A DNA stretch of 64,000 nucleotides from Candidatus Obscuribacteraceae bacterium (GTDB lineage Bacteria; Cyanobacteriota; Vampirovibrionia; Obscuribacterales; Obscuribacteraceae). A model generated the notes under the pieces. It saw nothing but the letters and a program-made list of their open reading frames with translations. It was not told where the DNA came from and searched no databases. The stretch is from the NCBI GenBank assembly GCA_044226015.1, contig JBGAHS010000002.1, forward strand, positions 723,434 to 787,433, read 5' to 3'. The position numbers and the translations under genes were made by a program. Shown here piece by piece: positions 59,660 to 64,000 of the stretch. Position 1 is the first letter of the stretch; each line of letters opens with the position of its first letter.

Positions 59660-60082
59660 ATGTTTATAGAAGGTTCCACAATTGAAATTCCTGATGACGA
59701 GCTTGAGTTCAGCTTTGCTCGTAGCGGTGGACCTGGCGGGCAAAACGTCAATAAGGTCAACAGCAAGGCTATCTTGCACTGGAAAATCGAATCGAGCTCA
59801 AGCATTCCCGAAGATGTGAAAGGCAGATTTCTCTCAAAATATGCAAGCAAGCTGACAACTGATGGTGAGATTGTTTTGAGCAGTCAAACGTTTCGCGACC
59901 AGACAAAAAATATTGATGCATGCCGAGAAAAGCTAAGTGAGATGATTATCTCCGTCTTAAAAGCGCCGATTAAGCGAAAAGCGACTAAGCCGAGTAAACA
60001 AGCGAAGGAAAAGCGCATTCAGAATAAAAAAGCCACAGCGGTTCGCAAAGCAGGAAGAAAGCAACCTCGGGCGGACGACTAA
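59660..60082 (+). CDS. arfB: alternative ribosome-rescue peptidyl-tRNA hydrolase
   Basis: RSGGPGGQNVNKV and a basic C-terminal tail. Confidence 0.95.
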   Translation: MFIEGSTIEIPDDELEFSFARSGGPGGQNVNKVNSKAILHWKIESSSSIPEDVKGRFLSKYASKLTTDGEIVLSSQTFRDQTKNIDACREKLSEMIISVLKAPIKRKATKPSKQAKEKRIQNKKATAVRKAGRKQPRADD

Positions 60083-61087
60083 TTACTCTACACGATGGTG
60101 TCTTTCTGAAACGCCTGTCAGCTGCTCTAGAATCTGGCTGTATTGAGCTTCCAAAAGCTTCATGCGTTCAAGTGCTTGATTCCACAATTCATTCTCAGCA
60201 TCACTGGCGATTCGCTCTGTGAGCCGCTTCATTGATCTCAGCCCTAGAAGGGTGCATGGCTTAGTCATTTCTTTGGCAAAATGTTTGATGCTGCGCAAGT
60301 CTTTATCATCGATGCCGCAGCGTAAACAACCCAAAACCGTTTTCATGCTTCCAATTGCTATATCAACAACACCTTCGGCTTCGTAGGTTCCATGCGCCTC
60401 TTGCACTAATTCAAGATCGATCAAGACACCATCTTTATTTTCTTGGACAGAAGGTACAGGTTCTTCGATTTGTTGTTTTTTGATCGGATAACGGGCGACC
60501 AGCTCTCGTATTTGCTTCGCACTTGAGCCCTTTGAAAGATAATCATCCATACCTGACATAACACATCGCTGCAATTCAACTTGCTTCTTGCTTGAACTCA
60601 TGCCAACAATAATCGTATGTTGTCTATTTTCAATGTCCCATTGACGTATGGCGATGGCAGCTTTAAAGCCACTCATAACGGGCATTTCCAAATCCATAAA
60701 AACAATCGCATACTGCTTTTGCTTCACCATTTCCAGCGCGACTTGGCCATTCTCAGCCTGGTCAAATGTATATCCAATCTTCTTGAGTGCACTTCCAATC
60801 AGCTTTCGATTGACAGGAAGGTCATCAACGATGAGCACTGCTTTAAGCAACTCCGGCTCGGCTTTCTCGATTTGCTCAGGCTCGTCTACAGAAGGCACGA
60901 GCAGAGCTTCAAGCGATGGTACCTTGAAGTTCTCTACAGTTTGTTTTGATACGACTTCTGATTCATCAGGCAAGCAATTCGATTGCGCCGGCGTTGGCCA
61001 ATTAGTGCTTTTCTCTTCCTGCAGAGATTGGCTTTCAGCCTCTTCAACAAGATAGTCTTTTGGATGTGCATCTAACGGCGTATTCAT
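60083..61087 (-). CDS. response-regulator receiver + degenerate Hpt-like domain
   Basis: LIVDD, FMDLEMP and GMDDYLSK; C-terminal helical bundle lacking the AHxLKG motif. Confidence 0.8.
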   Translation of the reverse strand: MNTPLDAHPKDYLVEEAESQSLQEEKSTNWPTPAQSNCLPDESEVVSKQTVENFKVPSLEALLVPSVDEPEQIEKAEPELLKAVLIVDDLPVNRKLIGSALKKIGYTFDQAENGQVALEMVKQKQYAIVFMDLEMPVMSGFKAAIAIRQWDIENRQHTIIVGMSSSKKQVELQRCVMSGMDDYLSKGSSAKQIRELVARYPIKKQQIEEPVPSVQENKDGVLIDLELVQEAHGTYEAEGVVDIAIGSMKTVLGCLRCGIDDKDLRSIKHFAKEMTKPCTLLGLRSMKRLTERIASDAENELWNQALERMKLLEAQYSQILEQLTGVSERHHRVE

Positions 61088-61536
61088 CGAATTCTCCGCA
61101 GCAATACGGCAGTGGGGAACCACTACTTTGCTTTTTATAACGTCCTGCCGGTGATCGGCTCACTTTTATAAGAATGCCACGGATTGAATGCCATGAAACC
61201 ATCTTGAGATGTGCGAAACACCGCATGACAACAGCGAATAGCGCCTTGACTATTCAAAATAAAGGCCCAGTGTGTCTTTCTAAAATCCAGAAAATATCAC
61301 AAGAAAGCAACAACTATCGCAAGCTTGACATCAAGTACTAAGCTGTTGTCCAGGCGACTTTCCCCAACAAACACATCAGCACTTTCAATACCACTGCAAA
61401 ATTGTGCATAGGGCAGATGCGGTTTTGTGCACTCGTGGTTTTACGCTCCACTGCCACAAATTATTAACGCTTACAAAGCTTCAATCTTCCAATCATCGTT
61501 CAAGCACTTGGCGTAGGTGCTTCCAGGAGCCGCAAA

Positions 61537-63918
61537 ATGCAATTAGAGAGAAACTCCAATACAAATGAAGAAAAATCGAGCAAATACGAATCTGAAATTG
61601 GCAGCAGTGCGCGGTTAAGCGGCAACACACAAGCACTCTCTCGCGAAGCACTTGTCTCCGGCAAATCGTTCAGTAACGATGCCGAAACAAGATCTCACAG
61701 CTCTCTAAATAGCCTCTCGTTGTTCGAAAAAGGCGCGATCTTTGCAAAAGATGCAGCAACATCGATGAAGGATACGGCAATAGAAGCGGTTGGTGGATTG
61801 CATAAAATGGAACTTGTGGGAGGCATCCATCTCAATGTACCGAACGCAATAGAGACTACCGCAATCGGAGGTGCAATAGGATTTGCATCGCACTTGCTTC
61901 TTCCCCGCATGGGAATTCTTGGAAAATTAGGAAACGCAACTCTTGCTGCTTCGCTCACAGCCCCGCTTCTCAAGGAAGGGTTCGATGCGTTCAACAGCCT
62001 GCAGTCCGCGAAAACAGAAAATGATCTTAGACTTGCATCACGAAAAGTCGGTGCACTAGCAGGTACTCTTGCGGCGACGACACCGCTAGGAATAGCGGGA
62101 TTCAAAGCCGGTACAGCAGGTGCAGAGCACCTTGCATTTTCAGCACGACTCAAAGAAGTATCGAATAAATTAGGCGTTCAAGAACTGGTAGAATCACGTC
62201 CTCAAGAAGGCGATATCAATCTGCTAAACCGAAGAGATTTGAGGAAAGCGCCGGAAGTCAGAACTGAATTAAGGCGCAATCTAGAAGCACTTTCTCAGGC
62301 AGATTCTTACCAACCATTGACACGCTCATTTGGCGCGTACACTCTACCCGTACACAACAAAGAGATCGCTAAATTGATGCGACCGGCCTACACACTTCCT
62401 GAGTTTCAATCGATATTAGATGCTCACGAAAAGCACCATTTCTGGAACCTGCCTACAGACCAAAACACGGGATTCGTGCGTACTTCAGGAGCCATCGAAA
62501 ATGCACCAATGGTTAGACAGTGGGTTACTGACTCGATCAGACTTGGTGACATTCAAAAAGTCCGAGACCCTGAGAATTGGAAAAAGAGCATGTTCAGTCT
62601 GGCAAAATTTTACTCTCAAGAAGCAGAAATACAGGCAATGAGGCAGACAATAAGAGATCCCAATTTCTATCGAGAGGGTCCTCTAGAAAACGGAGTTGCT
62701 CATGTCTTCATGCCTGAATCACTAATGCGTGATGCAACATGGTACAACAACAAGAGACTTGAATCACATGGTCTTGCTCTAATGAGTTTTAGCGATACCA
62801 TCGCAGCTGGAATTGCTGAACCTAGAGCAACATGGGGAATCAATCGAGATTTCATCAACACTCCAGCCGGACAACAACTTCTCCAAGCAACAAAAAATCT
62901 TGCCGAATACATTCTGGCAGTCAACACAAATCCAAAAACGGGAACATTCGACTTTAAAGCACCAAGCGCCGGCAACTGGGAAGAGATGCCATTCCGCGGA
63001 TTGACTTCAGACACAGAGGCAATGCGAGCCGGTCTGGAATCATATAGAGGCATGCTCGCCGCAATTGAAAAATTCGATAATACAGGGCTTTATGCAGCAG
63101 CGAAATCGAAAAACGATCTAAACAAAATTGATGAAGCAATCGCTGTGGCTACCGAGCTAATCACTAGAAGAGTCAACCATCCAGATGGTCCAAGAGAACA
63201 TCCAAGCCGCCCATCTGACTCCTCGCTAGCATTTATTTCTACATCAACCATCAAATTTGGTGACCCTATCACCGACGCTCAAACACACTTCAGAATTCTC
63301 GATGCACTTTCAAAAAATCTAGTTCGAGAGAATGGCATTATTCGCTATGAACCTTTTGCAGCTGACCAAAAGACAATGATTCCCGATGGATATCTCGGAT
63401 TGAATTCATGGTTATTGCCTTCACTAAAAACACGTTTGGCAAATCCAGGAACAGAGGTGAAGTTCACCGCGGGGCATTCAGAGGACACAAGTACTCCGCA
63501 ATCAATGATGCAGCGTGCGCTGCAAACCAGCCCTGAACATGTAGCCCAGTGGCCCTGGGTTTCGACAATGGCTGATGGTTATTCCCGCCAGGTATCAAAG
63601 TTGCTGTATTCCCTGGACTCAGGCACAACAAATCCATCCCTCGAAGTGAAATCCCTAATTAACCATGGCACCACCAGAGCAACAGAGTATTTAAACCGTT
63701 CACTAGCAAGAACAACCGGCATTGCAAAGGTAAAACCGAACGGATTCCCGGCTCAGACCTGGGTTGAACCTGAAGCATACGAGTTCATCCGAACTCTCAA
63801 TGGTGAAGTAAAAGCCGTGCCAGGTGTAAACACCCCACTTGCCTGGGCTCATGCATCTCGCCACGCAGCATTTCGCAGCTATGAAAAGATGCTACAACAA
63901 TTAGAAAAGCAGAAATAA
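61537..63918 (+). CDS. effector-like protein: Gly-rich hydrophobic helices fused to a GH15/phosphorylase-kinase-like domain
   Basis: Hydrophobic helices at aa ~100-200, then WVTDS, SAGNWEE, DSSL, GIIRY, AQWPW, PEAY and NTPLAWA, typical of GH15-like (alpha/alpha)6 barrels. Confidence 0.6.
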   Translation: MQLERNSNTNEEKSSKYESEIGSSARLSGNTQALSREALVSGKSFSNDAETRSHSSLNSLSLFEKGAIFAKDAATSMKDTAIEAVGGLHKMELVGGIHLNVPNAIETTAIGGAIGFASHLLLPRMGILGKLGNATLAASLTAPLLKEGFDAFNSLQSAKTENDLRLASRKVGALAGTLAATTPLGIAGFKAGTAGAEHLAFSARLKEVSNKLGVQELVESRPQEGDINLLNRRDLRKAPEVRTELRRNLEALSQADSYQPLTRSFGAYTLPVHNKEIAKLMRPAYTLPEFQSILDAHEKHHFWNLPTDQNTGFVRTSGAIENAPMVRQWVTDSIRLGDIQKVRDPENWKKSMFSLAKFYSQEAEIQAMRQTIRDPNFYREGPLENGVAHVFMPESLMRDATWYNNKRLESHGLALMSFSDTIAAGIAEPRATWGINRDFINTPAGQQLLQATKNLAEYILAVNTNPKTGTFDFKAPSAGNWEEMPFRGLTSDTEAMRAGLESYRGMLAAIEKFDNTGLYAAAKSKNDLNKIDEAIAVATELITRRVNHPDGPREHPSRPSDSSLAFISTSTIKFGDPITDAQTHFRILDALSKNLVRENGIIRYEPFAADQKTMIPDGYLGLNSWLLPSLKTRLANPGTEVKFTAGHSEDTSTPQSMMQRALQTSPEHVAQWPWVSTMADGYSRQVSKLLYSLDSGTTNPSLEVKSLINHGTTRATEYLNRSLARTTGIAKVKPNGFPAQTWVEPEAYEFIRTLNGEVKAVPGVNTPLAWAHASRHAAFRSYEKMLQQLEKQK

Positions 63919-64000
63919 ACTACTGCAAGAAATTAGCGGGAATAGCTTCAGCACTTGCGGTCAAACGCTCTAGCTTTTCCTCTAGTACTTTCATTCCTTG

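Overview
Bacterial chromosomal window. Several genes look like cyanobacterial orthologues (NblS/Hik33-like kinase, SigF-like sigma factor, coaD followed by a Cdv3/DivIVA-like gene, HerA-type ATPase), yet no photosynthesis genes occur here and Ser/Thr kinases are abundant. This suggests a non-photosynthetic cyanobacterial relative such as Melainabacteria/Vampirovibrionia (Obscuribacterales-like); that assignment is inference. The right half is mostly housekeeping: pilT, a Ski2/HelY helicase, GH38 mannosidase, mdh, lspA, rluD, murA, lysC, yifB/comM, arfB, tRNA-Pro(GGG) and tRNA-Leu(GAG). The left half is accessory. Four observations stand out. (1) A 3.4-kb island bounded by ~90-bp direct repeats carries a frameshifted polymorphic-toxin-like gene with a papain/C39-like tip, a putative immunity gene and orphan immunity fragments. 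(2) Several signal-peptide-less, effector-like proteins are scattered through the window (RRSP/ChaN-like, esterase, zincin+LRR, GH15-like), and four orphan ORFs share a short N-terminal L-[SRT]-x-[DE]-[AV] motif. (3) Locus-specific degenerate tandem arrays repeatedly start inside, and copy, the last bases of the adjacent gene including its stop codon. (4) A dispersed GGTACC-centred palindromic repeat occurs at four loci. A pseudokinase and a His-less Hpt-like domain are also present. All family assignments come from motif recognition by eye; no searches were run.
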